This document shows, piece after piece, positions 39,901 to 53,456 of a stretch of DNA of 64,000 nt (position 1 is the first letter of the stretch; each line of letters starts with the position of its first letter). The translations under genes and the position numbers were made by a program. The notes under the pieces are model-generated. The model saw only the letters and a program-made list of their open reading frames with translations. It was not told where the DNA came from and made no database searches. This stretch comes from Camelus ferus (Eukaryota). Where the stretch lies: NCBI RefSeq assembly GCF_009834535.1, contig NC_045696.1, positions 15,998,001 to 16,062,000 on the forward strand, given 5' to 3'.

Positions 39901-42900
39901 TACTTTAGTGATGAAAAATTATGTACTTGATTCTTGGCAGTTGAATTAACTTCTCATGTTTAAAAAAATTGTGAATGACACCTAACTACATGTGTTCAGA
40001 AAAAAATAAAAGCCTCTTTAGTAAGATTCATTTTTCAGCCTTTTCTAGAGCATTTTATTGTGAAAAGATTTCATAAATGCTCAATAACTTCATTGGCAAC
40101 TCTTCATTTCAGAAATTCAGCTGACTCAGCAAAAAAGGCCTTGTTTTTGAAATATTCCACCAGCCCTCTGGCTGGCACACTTTCAGTTGAGGGTAACTAG
40201 AAATGATTTTCTTTGAAGAAGAGGGTGGAATTCAGAAAGAATACATTGTGTATTAGAATGAAATTGAGTGGCTATCAAAATGAAAATTTCATTATCATTG
40301 TATTTTTTCAGTTTGCTGCTTTTGGCCATTTTTCAGCTAACATCCACTTGTTAATTCAGTGTGAACCAGGATAGAAATTGGCCCTTTAAGAAAAAATTGA
40401 AATTCTGTTACTCATATTCTCTTAAAGAACTCTTCAAATTCAAGGCCTGAAACCAGTGCCACTATGTGCTATTAACTAGACGGGCACTGAAAATCTAATT
40501 GAGGTCATTATAATTAGCCTTGTGTCTTGCCAGTGTTTTCTCAGACTTGTTTTTAATGTTTTGTGTCAAGTGTCAAATCCTCTTAAATCACAGAACCCAG
40601 AAATTTTAAATCCATTGAAAGTAAACTAAATTTTAGAATCCTGTGGTGGTTTTGTGTGGGACAGGTCCTTGGCTGGTAGGATGACTGAACAGGAAGGCAG
40701 CTTACATATTGCTGTTAGTTTAAGGAATTGTGAAGGGCTCCTTTCAAGAGTACATTTGTGACCAAATTATAATTTTGGAATCACTGCATACTTGTTCAGT
40801 GAAGTATGATCAGAGGGAATCCTCTGAGCGTGGCCATGTGACTGGATGGCTGAGACAGCCTGCTAGATGGAGCGATCTTAAGACAGTGTAAGTCCTGGGA
40901 ACTTGCAACTGAGTAATTAACCAACATGCCTTTGGAGATATCCAGGACAAAGATAACGACTAGTAATGACAGGGAGGACACACTTAAGTAAACAAATAGG
41001 AAGCAGACCCACCCAATTCCTAGGTAATTTCGTCCTTTGTCTTTACTTGCCATTTGAATATTTCACTTCACTTTTGTGAGCCTGGATTCGAAGGTTAAGT
41101 TTGTATCTTTGTGAATTTTCTAGGTGGTGTTTATAAGGACACAGCTGGGAAGTACTCTGTTTGTTGGCAGTTTCTGTGTGTGTGTTTTTAGTTGTATTTA
41201 TTGATTTCATAAATAGCCAATAAAGAGAAAAACATTTTAGCATTTTTTTTTCCTGGAGGAAAACAAAAGACATTGGTTAAAATATCATTCTAAGGGTTTA
41301 TTACCATTGTTAAATTATTTATACGTAAAAAAAATCTGACATGTACCTTCATGGTCTTTTGCTCATTCATCTCAGAAATGTAGCATGTGAGACACAAACC
41401 CAAACCCATCGATCAATTCTTCTGTTAGCAGATGAGGGGGAAGTTTAATGCAGGATGTTTAATTGGCTGTTTGTATAATGTGTTCACCTGTTTTGTCTCT
41501 AGTCCAAATTTTCTCAGGGCATTTGTGATTGCCTTCTGTGATACTGACACTGATTTGGAGTTATGATTTTTCATTATTATTAATTTTTTATCTCACTGCA
41601 TTTTTCTCCTACTTTCCTTGAATTTTTAAAAATATCATTCATTTTTTGGACGCATACTGGATGCCTTCTGTGTTTCTGGGTGACAGGAGCCGTAGAATCT
41701 TCTTGGGACTGTGAGTAAACAGAGAAGGGACTCAGTCTGTTCCTTGAAGAATTCGCAGCCTGACAGGGGAAGAAAGAGATGGAGAAGTAATTAGGTACAG
41801 TGGGCCAAAGGCCACAATGGCCGAAGGTACAAAGTCTTCATAGAGAAGGCTGGCAGCATTTGAACTGAGTTTTAAGGATGAGTGGAGGTTAACTGGGGCA
41901 TGGTAGAGCTTTACAGATAGAAGGAACAGCAAGGGTGTAGATGGGATAAAAGAGGAAGCCATGGAAATGTAGATGGAGGAGATGGTATGGAGGTTAAGAG
42001 CTTTGGATGCCTTAATGAGTTTGAATTTCATTTTCTCAGCAATGGGGCACTTTTAGATGTTCCTAAAATGGGGGTAACCATTGATGGCTATGGATCAGTT
42101 AGGTTTAAGAGACATTGTCAATGTCTGCTTCATCTTGTAGCCAGATGTTCCTAAAATGGGGGTAGCCATTGATGGCTGTGGTCTGGTACATGCGGTCTGT
42201 TAGCTGGGAGTATTGCCACCAGGAGTACGTTCCAGGTTTTCTTCTGATAAAGGAACGGTAGGGTATTGGGTAATAATTGGCATTCTGGGATGCAGAGGGA
42301 ATACAATACAAAAGGATACAGAGGGAAGTGGGTAGATTAATAAACTTGTTGAACCAAACCAAAGGAAAGATTCTTCATAAACAATTAGAGAAGGTTTTTG
42401 GCTTTTGCCCACTTCTCCTTATCTGCTCAGGAAGCATATCTTTGGGGAGTGATGGAGGAGGAGATGGGGAATGCTATTTTATTTTTATGGCAGGAACACC
42501 CAAGAGCTAAGCCTTCACACTGGTGGATTGTACCAAGGTGGTTTAGACTCCTGTTCCTGGAGATCCTTCCAATCAGAGTGATGGAAACAGGGCTAATTCC
42601 AGTGGCTCGGTGGGTAGTGATGGCAGTGTCAGTTTACTCTCTCCGCTGGTGAAGCATCTTTGATGTTTTCTAGAGACTTGCCTAAAGCACCTTTGTTGTT
42701 GTGCTTGTTCTTTGAAAGGAACAGCAGATAAAACAAACTTTGAAGTTTTTAGAAAAGAGGGTGATCCTGAGAATCTTTTTTGAGCTAGATTTCTCTACCT
42801 TTTCTGTTGCTATACAGCCTTTCAGGTCTGTTTATGTGCACCTATTATTAAAACAGAATGGAAACATCTATGGAAAAGAGGAAATTAAGCCTTAATATAC

Positions 42901-43667
42901 TTACATCAGTAAAAATGGGACTGCCGTTTTAAAATTCATCTTATTACTTATCTATTTTCTTACTCACTTCAGTTTTCTAGATGTGGACAAATGAAGATAC
43001 TTACCCAAAAGTATGTGATGAAATAAGATATGGGAGAAAAACTTGGAGCCTTGACCAGGCTTGATATAACCAGCCACATTAGGGGGTGTTTGAGGTTTAT
43101 AGTAAACATTTTATCAGCATCTGAAGATTTATTTACATATTGTACATGGCTCCGTCTTAAGGAAATGTCTACAGTATCATGGTTCCTCGTGAACTACTTT
43201 TGGTTTTATTTTCTTCGTTTCTTTTTGAACCCTTGGTTCTCTTTAAGAGTAGTCAAAAGCATAGTTCAAGTTTGATCATCTTAAGTCTTGACATTTCTTT
43301 CCTTTTTTATTTTGAAGTGTTCGTCAAAGAAAATATTTTATCTTATCATTTCAAAGACTGCCTTCAGAAAAACAGTTGACAGTTTGTTGTTGACCGATCA
43401 TGACAAACAGAAAGAGTAGCCAGTATGTGTTTGAGTATATATTTCTCACACATTACCCTGGTCATATTTTGAAATTCTTTTTTTTCCCCATCAAAAGAGT
43501 GGGTGGTAATTTATATCATGTAAGTTTGAAAATTTGTTTTAATTATATTAGCTAGAACTTGAAAATGTAAGAAAATCTTGTTCTTTAAGTTGGGCATAGT
43601 TTTCTAAGGGTCATGTAGTTTATATAATTTGAGAAACTTTATTTTAAAAATTTACTTATTATTATTG

Positions 43668-43703
43668 TTAATTTAATTTAATTTAATTTAATTTAATTTA
43701 ATT
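43668..43703 (+). repeat. (AATTT)n pentanucleotide repeat
   Basis: taatttaatttaatttaattta... direct read. Confidence 0.9.
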
Positions 43704-44623
43704 TTTTTACAATTTCCCCAAAGGACATACTTTCTTCTGAATTCTGTTCTGCTTTCATATATCTGAAAATACTTGACTTAATTACTGAGTTTAAGCCCAG
43801 TCTGAAATGGTTGTGCCTTTAGTTGGTTCTGGATTGCAGTTAGTCTGTTGCCTACTTTATTGACTTTAAATAATTGGTAGTTGATTTTGCAGGGAATTAG
43901 ATGAGTATCTTTGTTTAAGATCTTCTAATTGAAAAGTTGACAGTCCAAGAAAACGTTCTGAGAAGAACATTCATTCTCAGCTTACCTGAATCTTGTAAAT
44001 ATTTTATTGGCTGTGTTCATAGTATGTTGTATTTCTAAGTAAACAAGCTCTCTAGAAACAATCTCTGCTTCTCTGATCATTTAAAATACATTAAATTAAT
44101 TGATACAGATTGCAAAAATAGTGGAAAAGTTTCTAGTTCGATATCAATGAAATGTGTTCCCTCCATGCAAGTTCACTGTAGCTGTTCCTATTGAATTCAA
44201 ATGTGAGTTTAAAAAAAGAAGGTTGTGATCATCTTTATGAAGTAAACTCAATTATTACTTTAAATATATATTCAATTCAAAGGAAACTGAAAACATGTTG
44301 TGCCTGTGTGAAGGTGCCATCCATCTAGGGTTATGTTTAAAGCCTACGGTTGATAGTTAAGATTAAGCCTTACAGTAAATGAAATGATATTGATTATTTT
44401 TAGGCCCAATGTTATTTTCTATTGATTCGTTGGTGAGCAGAATTAGAGAACAAAATCATGGCTTTAAGACAGCCTTTTTTAAGTACTACATGGGAATGAT
44501 AAGCCCTGAATCCTAACAGTGAAGAGCCAGGGAATGGCAGCATTCCATTCAGGTGTCCTCTTGATGTCACTTGCTCTCAGTGTTCCTCTGACCCTCATAT
44601 AAAGCCCAGGCTTAACTCTAAAG

Positions 44624-44928
44624 CAGGGCTATCCAATAAAAGTGTAATGAGACCACAGATAGAATCTAAAATTTCCTAGTAGCCACATTAAAGAAAACAA
44701 ACTGGCCAAATTAGTATGTTTTATTGGCTCCAATAAATGAAAAATATCATTTCAACATGTAGTTAGTCTAAACATTACTAATGAAATAGATGACATTCTT
44801 TTTTTTTTTTTTTCATTTTATATCTTCAAAATTTTACCCATAGAGCATATCTGAATTCGGACCAACCACATTTCATGTAGTCAATAAGCCATATATTGCT
44901 CGTAGCCGCCATATTGGACAGTGCAGCT
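44624..44928. mobile_element. MER33-like hAT-Charlie element
   Basis: cagggctatccaata...aaaatttcctagtagccacattaaa...catattggacagtg. Confidence 0.8.
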
Positions 44929-46618
44929 GTAGAAGGGCCAACTCAACCTTCTACTTTCTAGGAAAAGAATCAGGTTTTGGAGCAGGTAGTATCCGTAAGA
45001 CCTCCTTTCTGTGCCCCCTTATTTTACAGATGAAGAAACTTGGATCTGGAAATGTTGCCCAATATCACTTCAGATATTAAGGGTCAAAGCCCAATCCTTG
45101 TCCTCTGGCTTCTAATCTTTCTTCATCACTGATTCTTCCTTCTTCTTTCCCATGTTGCTGTGTCTGCTTGAATATGTACTGACGTTAGGTGGTTGCTATC
45201 AGTTAAATATTGAGCCAGGAGCTTTGAGAAAATCTGGCCCACTTGATGAAGGCATGGTCTGATCCAGACAAAACTCTTTTTAGGGGCAGGATAAAAAAAA
45301 TTATAGGCATATCTAGAATCTTTCAGTGGAATAGTAATGGGAGATGATTCTGGGTCCAGTGGTTAGTTTTGTCTTTTTCTGGAGTGGGCACTGTTGGAGT
45401 AGGAGGTGGATGGACCCTTTGGGACCCAGAGTATGTGACTGGAACATTGGTTGAAATGTCAACTGCCCACTGAAAGCAAAGGAGATCAGCAAGGCATTAT
45501 GTACTATACACAACTTGTTGTGTGTGTGAGGTCTGTTCCTGGAAACAGTGGGTTAAGCTTGCTTTCTTTTTCTTTTTTCTTCCAATTTTTGGAAGGCTGC
45601 CCGTGTGTGTGCCCATAGTTCTTACTCAGTTATACTCAGAGTATAATATTTTTTGACAACTTAAGCCCAGTGCACTCCTGGCATGTAAGGTGGTTATTTT
45701 CCGAGTGCAAGCAAATGTGGAAAGCTTACCGCCCAGCATTGTGGGCTGGTGAAGGCAGGGGTTTGATATACTCCTGGGGTTACTGCTATAAAGTATTTGT
45801 TTTACAATATGAAGATGCCCAGTGAGTGAACTTTTAAAGTTGGAAGTTATTGTAAAATATTTATCAGTCTGGAATATTGTAGACTATATGAGTGCTTTGA
45901 AGAGAGTTTAAGTTTATTCTATGACTTAGGTTTAGTGATTTTAGACTTTAAGTGTTAAACTTGACAATTTTTCTATGTGAAACTTAGGACTTCTCATCTG
46001 TGGTTAGACTTTACCCACAAGGCGCATTAGATCTTTAAGTTAAGCATGCACCATATTTTCTTTAATATTCTATGATGAAAATAATTGCATTTTGCAAATG
46101 CAGGTGTGGGACGATGCTTAGAGGATTCATGGCTTGCAGGAAAAAATAAAAGTATAGGGATATCTGAATCTCCTCTGGCAGTAGTGTATTAAACTTAAAA
46201 AAAACATGTCTTCCATCCTAAAAAAAGACCACCTTTTTTTTTTTTTAAAGCAGTTTTCCATATATTTTTCATAGTACATATAACCAAGAAGAACAGAAGT
46301 TTAGAGCTTTCAACTGTTTGAGGGAAGTCATATTTTCTAAATTAGGTTTCAGTTAGTTTTTTTGAATTAGAAAAGTCTTACAAATTCATTGTAGGTAACT
46401 TAGAGAGAGTGTAAAAACATGCATAATCCTGCCATTCCCAGGTGTCTGTTTTATATCATTTTTGAGATCATGGTATAGATTCCATTTTATATCCTGCATT
46501 TTATTTCTTAACATTAACTCTCATGCCATTACCAGTTCTTTGTAAATATAATGTTTAATGGGTGTGTGAATCAGTTTAGGGCAGTGGAAGCTAGTGCTTG
46601 TGGGCATGTGCTTTTTTT

Positions 46619-47070
46619 TTTCCTTTTTTAATTGAAGTATAGTTGATTTACAGTGTTTCAGATGTACAGCAAAGTGATTCAGTTATACACATATATATAT
46701 TCTTTTCCAGATTCTTTCCCATTATGGGTTATTACAAGATATTGAATATAATTCTCTGTGCTATACAGTAGGTCCCTGTTTACCTATTTTATATATAGTT
46801 GTGTGTATCTGTTAACCCCAAATTCCTAATTTATCCCATCCTCCTTTTCCTCTTTGGTAATCATAAGTTTGGTTTCTACATCTGTGAGTCTATTTCTGGT
46901 TTATAAGTACGTTCATTTGTATCATTTTTTTTATAGATTCCACATATAAGTGGTATCATATATTTGTCTTTCTCTGTATGATTTACTTCGCTTAATATGA
47001 TAATCTAGATTCATCCATGTTGCTGCAAATGAAATATTTCATTCTATTTTGTGAGTGAGTAATATTCCAT

Positions 47071-47117
<47 letters not shown>

Positions 47118-47600
47118 CTGTCTATCTCTCTCTCTATATATATATATAGATATCCATTTTTATCCATTAATCTGTCAATGGACACTTAGATTGCATCTAT
47201 GTCTTGGTTATTGTAAATAGTGCTGCTGTGAACATTGGGCTGCATGTATCTTTTTGAATTAGAGTTTTCATCTTTTCCGGATGCATGCCCAGGAATGGGA
47301 TTGCAGGATCATATAGTAACTCAATTTTTAGTTTTTTAAGGAACCTCCATACTGTTTTCCATAGTGGCTGCACCAACTTACATCCCTACCAACAGTGTAG
47401 GAGGGCTTCCTTTTCTCCATATCCTCTCCAGCATTTATTATTTATAGACTTTTTGATGATGGCCATTCTGATGGGTTTCAGGTGATACCTCCTTGTAGTT
47501 TTGATTTGCACTTCTCTAATAGTTAGCGATGTGGGGCATCTTTTCATGTACCTGTTTATCATCTTTATTCTTCTTTGGAGAAATGTCTGTTTAGTTCTTC
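46619..47600 (-). mobile_element. 5'-truncated young L1 with internal (TA)n
   Basis: tttttaattgaagtatagttgattta... through ggagaaatgtctgtttag; flanking catgtg-ttttttt repeat at 46605 and 47603; (TA)n about 47076-47113. Confidence 0.93.
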
Positions 47601-48379
47601 GACATGTGATTTTTTTATTTGGCATTTCCAACCTGAGGTTAAGACGAAAGTAGTGATGTAGGGAAGGACCCTATGCCAAATGCCTGTTACTATTTTAAGC
47701 ATTTATGGAGTGATCTTAAATTGCTGCTCTCAAGTAGGGTTCAACATGGTGGCTCTTCAACTATAATATACTATTAAAGAAAATGAGATGAACAGAAACT
47801 GGAGAGATGAACAAAAATAAAGAAATAATGGAAACCTGACCTAGTAACTCAAACAAGCAATCCTCTTGCTCAATAGTTCCATGACCACTTTTGTAGGAAG
47901 TTTTTAGACCTGACAGGCAAGTATAGCCAGGGGTGGAACGTAGGCATGAGTGACATTGTGATTTCAGTTTACTAGAGCCACGCGGTGGGAGCAAGAATTA
48001 AGTAATGTGATTACACAGATGTAAATAAAGCATCAGCCTTCCATTTCCCTGCTGTTAAAGTCTCTCCTGATGTTAAAGTCAGAAACATTTATTCTCTGAA
48101 GTTCCCAAAGTTTAGAATCTTTAGCCACAAAAGAGAAGTAGATTTATCTATAAATTTAGCAAAGTGTGATGTGGTGCCACTTCCACAGAACCTGTGTAGA
48201 GTTACAGAGCCTGTTCAACCAGACCCGTATAATCTTTGATTATTAACTGCTATCACACGGACACTTAAGCAGTTATATATTACTGTATTCCATATCAGGT
48301 TTTTGGAGCAAGCACTATGTTCTTTACTTAATACTTATTTAAAATAAATAGACTACTATAAATATATAGTAAAAAATGT

Positions 48380-48673
48380 CACCCATAGAAGCCCAAACCT
48401 CTTTTCTTTTGTCTTGTCATGTCTCCATAGTTAACTGCTCTTTGCTATGATGGCATATATCCTCTCAGACCTAATTGCTCCCTTAGGACTGTCATTTCTT
48501 TTCTGTGAACCTCTTCTTACCCTCCCTCTCTCCTACCCCATGTGAAAATGTTAACATCAAATAAAGTTTGTATGTCTTTTCTCCGTTAATCTGCCCTTTA
48601 TCAGTGTAATTTGCACAACTCCAGGAACTGAACCTAAGAGGGTTGAGGAGAAAACTGTTTTTCCTCTCCTACA
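48380..48673 (+). mobile_element. ERV1 LTR 3' portion (MER34/MER39-like)
   Basis: aataaagtttgtatgtcttttctccgttaatctgccc...gaacctaagagggttgaggagaaa...ttcctctcctaca. Confidence 0.65.
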
Positions 48674-49814
48674 AGTATGCAAGCTTCAGGGAAGAGTAAA
48701 TGAGAAGGCTGAGGTGTCTGAGGACATATATGAACTGCTACAAACATCCCATGAATTATAGTGGACATAATTTACTAAAGATGGTTCATATTGATGAATC
48801 ATTTATGGAAACTAATAGTAGGTGTCCTCCATAGTGAATTTACTCAGTCTTGGAGAAGAATGTATGTTTTAATCAAGAGGAATTTATAGAAGACATTCTG
48901 TATTCTAAACATTTAAGAGTTCTTAGAGTATATAATACGTCTTTGCCTCTAGTTAAAAATTTAAGTCAGGAAGAAATAGTCTTACAATTATTTCAGAGTT
49001 TTTTTGTTTTTGTTTTTGTTTGCAGTGTGCATTAGAAATTTGGCAGTCAATCATGTCTTACTAGTTCTGGAATAAACACTTCTATTTCTGACATATGTAA
49101 AAATGGATGCCTCCTTGGCTTTTGCAATAATAGTAATAACAAATATATAACTCTTTCTATTGGAAGCACTTCTCATGTATTTCTCAACAGCAGCCTGTGA
49201 GGTAGCTACTGGTCAGTTACGCCCAAGTCTCTGTATCAAGCCATTAAGGTATCAGCAGGGGAGGAGCTTGAAAAAGGACCAAGGTCAAGCTCTGTATTCT
49301 TAACCACTTATCTCTTCTGCCTCTGGCAAAATGGAGTCATGGGTGGAGCTCAGCCGGTGTTTCCTCTTGGACTAGGCAATTAGCTCCTTGAGGAAGCAAG
49401 CCCTGATTACAGTCTCTGCTTGTTTAGAAACAAGACTAATCTGTTACACCTTCAGTTCCTGGTGGCTCCCCCTCCCTGCAGCCTCACCTGCAGGAACTTC
49501 TGAGCACTGATGTCTCTACATGGTGGCTTCTGCAACACTCCTTCCATCCCAGCCCCATTCCTTCCCCTTCTCCCAAGCCCTAATAAGATTGTCCAGAGTG
49601 TAGATGTTAGAGTCATTCAGACCTTGGATTTGAGTCACAACTCCTTCAGTTACTAGAGTTATAACCAGCAGGAAAACGATTTAACTTCCTTAAACCTAAA
49701 TTTCCACATCTACAGAGTATCTATAAATAGGTTGGTCAAGAGGGGAAGTAAATTAAAAATAAGGTACATCCACTAAAAAAAAATACTCCCCCAAAACCAA
49801 AAGAAGAACTTCTT

Positions 49815-49919
49815 GGGTAGGTGGGGTATAGTTCAGTGGTAGAGCCCTTGCTTTGCATGCACGAGGTCTTGGGTTCAATCCCCAGTACCTCCACTAAAAA
49901 AAAAAAAAAACAAAAAACA
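49815..49919 (+). mobile_element. tRNA-derived SINE (Vic-1-like)
   Basis: gggtatagttcagtggtagagc (A box) ... gggttcaatccccagtacctcc (B box) plus poly(A). Confidence 0.9.
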
Positions 49920-50869
49920 AAAAATGAGGTACAAAGCATAGAGCCTGACCAATAGGAGGCCCTGTATGAATAATGGCTCTGGTTTTCATTCTGAGTCTCT
50001 TTGTAACGTCTCCTCTTCTTGGATCCATCACAACTATCCTTGATGTTCAAGTCAGCCCCACTCCACCCCTCTGTAAACACAGAGACGGGAGAGGAAGCCC
50101 AGGTGCCAGTGACACTGCACGCACTTTCAGGGCTATCAAATAGCTGGAAGGCTGGAGTATCTCAACATTTTATTGATAACATTTTCGAGATCTGAAAACA
50201 GAAATGACCTGTTTAAAATCCTGCATAAACTCTGGTTAAGGTGTTAGAATTTGAAGTGTCTGTCTGTGAACCCAGAAGAAAAGCCACTTGGCAAGGAATG
50301 TAAAGCATGCGTGTCCAGGCCGCGGCTCTCTTCCGGTCACTCTCCTGCCTTCCTGGTCCTGCCCCTCCTTGGCATGTTTAGCAATGACCCTGGACAAGTG
50401 TCAGCCTTGGCTGCTGGGAACAGCTGGAATTTGCCACAAAATTCCTGGCTGCTCTCTTTCCGAGATTTCTGCTAACCCTTTTGAAAATAAAGAGATCGCT
50501 ACATGTCAAAGGGGACTGGGAAGGAGATAACAGAGATCTTTCTGATGGGACCTGTGGCTTCTGGCACCTTCAGAAGCTTCTGAAAATGGTAGTGCTCATG
50601 CCTTAGGTAGACTCAGCTTAAATCCCTGGAGACGTGCTCACACGTTGCTCCAACACTGACTGTATCTTAGAATTCTGCTTTTTTTTTTTTTCCTGTTTTC
50701 TTATGTTTATTTTTTTTATTTTTTAACACCTTTATTATGGTATGATTCCTGTACAGTACACTACACATATTTCAGATGTACAGTTTGATGAATTTTGATA
50801 GATGTGTACACCCATAAAACCACCACCACAATCAAAATAGCTAGCATTTCCATCACTCCCCAAGAAGTA

Positions 50870-51830
50870 CAAATTTTGAATTCCCAATTTATCACTTCCC
50901 ACCCCCTTTACTCCCTGGTAACCATGAATTTGTTCTCTATGTCTGTGAATCTGTTTCTGTTTGTAGATAAGTTCATTTGTGAACTTTTTTTAGATCCCAC
51001 ACATAAGCAATATAATATGGCATTTTTCTTTCTCTTTCTGACTTATTTCACTTAGAATGACAATCTCCAGGTCCATCCATGTTGCTGAAAATGGCATTAT
51101 TTTATTCTTTTTATGGCTGAGTAGTATTCCATTGTGTGTGTTTATATATATATATATATATCTCACATCTTTTATCCTGTCATCTGTTGATGGACATTTG
51201 GGTTGTTTCCATGTCTTGGCTATTGTAAATAGTGCTGCTCTGCACATTGGGGTACATGTGGCTTTTCAAATTATATTTTACTCCAGATATATGCCCCAAA
51301 TTGAGATTGCTGGATCACATGGTAAGTCTATTTTTAGATTTTTGAGGAATCCCCATTCTGTCCTTCATTGTGGCTGTACCAGTTTACATCCCCACCAGCA
51401 GTGTAGGAGGCTTCCTTTTTCTCCACGCCCTCTCCAGCATTTCTCATTTGTAGACTTTTTAATGATGGCCATTCTGACTGATGTGAGGTGGTATCCATTG
51501 TAGTTTTGATTTGTATTTCTGTAACAGTTAATGATGTTGAGCATCCACGTGCTTGTTGGCCATCTGGATGTCTTCTTTGGAGAAATGTCTATTTAGGTCT
51601 TCTGCCCATTTTTTAATTAGGTGGTTTGTTGTTTTGATATTAAGGTGTGTGAGCTGTTTGTATATTTTGGAGATTAGTCCCTTGTTGGTCACATCATTTG
51701 CAAATATTCTCTCCCATTTTGTAGGCTGTCTTTTCATTTTGTTGGTGGTATCCTTAGCTGTGCAAAAGCTTTTAAGCTTAATTAGGTCTCATTTGTTTAT
51801 TTTTGCTTTTATTTCCATTACTCTAGGAGC
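50870..51830 (-). mobile_element. L1 fragment (ORF2 C-terminus/3'UTR), adjacent to an older L1MA fragment at about 50725-50862
   Basis: Minus-strand ORFs [29 protein letters not shown] and [19 protein letters not shown] are L1 ORF2p C-terminal motifs. Confidence 0.95.
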
Positions 51831-53139
51831 TAGTTTGAAGAACTGTGTATTTCTATTCACATTTTATCAAGTGTACTTCTGTTCTCGTGTCATGCAGACA
51901 TTAGATTCAGGGACAAAATCACCATGTACCTTTGGTGGTCTCAGGTGACTCTTAAGCTTCACTCATTCACAAAATGTGAATTGAATGGGGCAGTCTGTTT
52001 TTGTTCTGGGAGGGGTTGTTTTCGAGTGGGGAGTTAATCTAGACTGAGGAGGGATTGAATTTTTTTCAAGACGGACCCAAGATACTGTGGGATATTTGAT
52101 ATTTTGAGTCTAGAAGGATATACATTCCCTCTTCTTCATTTCTTCCTTCTGACCTAGCAAGTGTCAGACCCGATCAGGTGTTAGTCTGTGCGATCCTGTT
52201 ACACCCACATCCTGCAGCTGCATCCAGGCGCTTTGAGGCCGACTTAACACAGATTAATTTAACAGTTGCTGTGTGGGAACAGATGCTCTCTGCTCCTTAT
52301 TTCTAAAAAGTTGATCAAGCTGTATAAAAAAGATTTTTCCTCTTTAAGAAGTCACAGCTTCCTATGAAGCTCTAGACCAATAAAGTATAACTGAAATGCT
52401 CAGGACCCAAAATTGGTGTATTATATTTATAGCTCTTGGCCTCACACTGATTATGACAAGCTCCTTTTTTGAATTTCTGGTCAGGTGCTTATTCATAAAA
52501 ATAAGGCTGATATAAATGGCGGTGTTCAAATGTTATACCAGTCTGTTTTTGCAGTTTGACCTTTCACAGTAGCTGAGTAAATATTTTTTATACTGAGAAA
52601 AGAATTATTTAACATTTGTGTTGTAGCAGGATGTCAAGTGAATTCAGAGTCTGAACGCAGTGGACAGGACCGCAGGTAAAGACATGAAAACATCCTGATG
52701 TCAAAGAGAAAAGCAAGCTGCACTGTGTTAGAGAAGCAGCTCTAGAGAGAGAGATGTTTGTAAGCATGATGGACACATAGGAAAATGGACACAATCATTG
52801 TAAAAGTCATCTGGGAAAATCATTTGGTAAGAATAGCCAGAAAAAAAAAATCTCAGGAAAAATGCAAAGATACAGAAATTACAACCGCATGGTACACGCA
52901 GAGACAAGTCAAAAGGACAAAATGTAAGTCTAGAAATAAACTTGTCTATATATGGGAAATTAATGCAGGATAAAGGTAGGTTTCTAGAGGGAAAAGAGAT
53001 TATTCAGTAAACGGTGGTGTTGGTATCTGACCATAGAGAGAAAGAAGCTAAGTTTTTTTAATTTACAGTTTCTGTAACAAAAGGGCAAATTTCTTTATTC
53101 TACAAAGTATCCTTGCAAATCAATTAAGAATACTACATG

Positions 53140-53456
53140 TATTTACAAAACAGAAGCGGACTCACAGACATAGAAAACAAACTTATGGTTACCGGGAGGG
53201 GAAGGGGATGGAAAGGGATAAATTGGTTGTTTGAGATTTGCAGATACTAACTAATATATATAAAATAGATAAACAACAAGTTCATACTGCATAGCACAGG
53301 GAACTATATTCAATATCTTGCAGTAACTTATGGTGAAAACATGAAAATGAATATACGTAGGTTCATGTATGACTGAAGCATTATGCTGTACACCAGAAAT
53401 TGACACCTCTTGTAAACTGACTATACTTCAATAAAAATATTTTTTAAAAATAAAAA
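53140..53456 (+). mobile_element. Short young L1 3' end nested in ancient L1M debris (about 52780-54370)
   Basis: cagacatagaaaacaaacttatggttacc...actgactatacttcaataaaa; flanking AAGAATACTA repeat at 53126 and 53457. Confidence 0.9.

Noticed and set aside
42055..42181. Repeat-spacer-repeat resembling a mini CRISPR array
   Set aside because: Only two copies, eukaryotic context, no cas genes
49815..49895. tRNA-like A/B boxes (also at 20847-20937 and 56680-56759)
   Set aside because: Poly(A) tails, TSDs and no complete cloverleaf; these are SINEs, not tRNA genes
50990..51948. ORFs of 69-148 aa (also 27562-28116 and 47285-47631)
   Set aside because: Sense or antisense frames of decayed L1 ORF2 and 3'UTR
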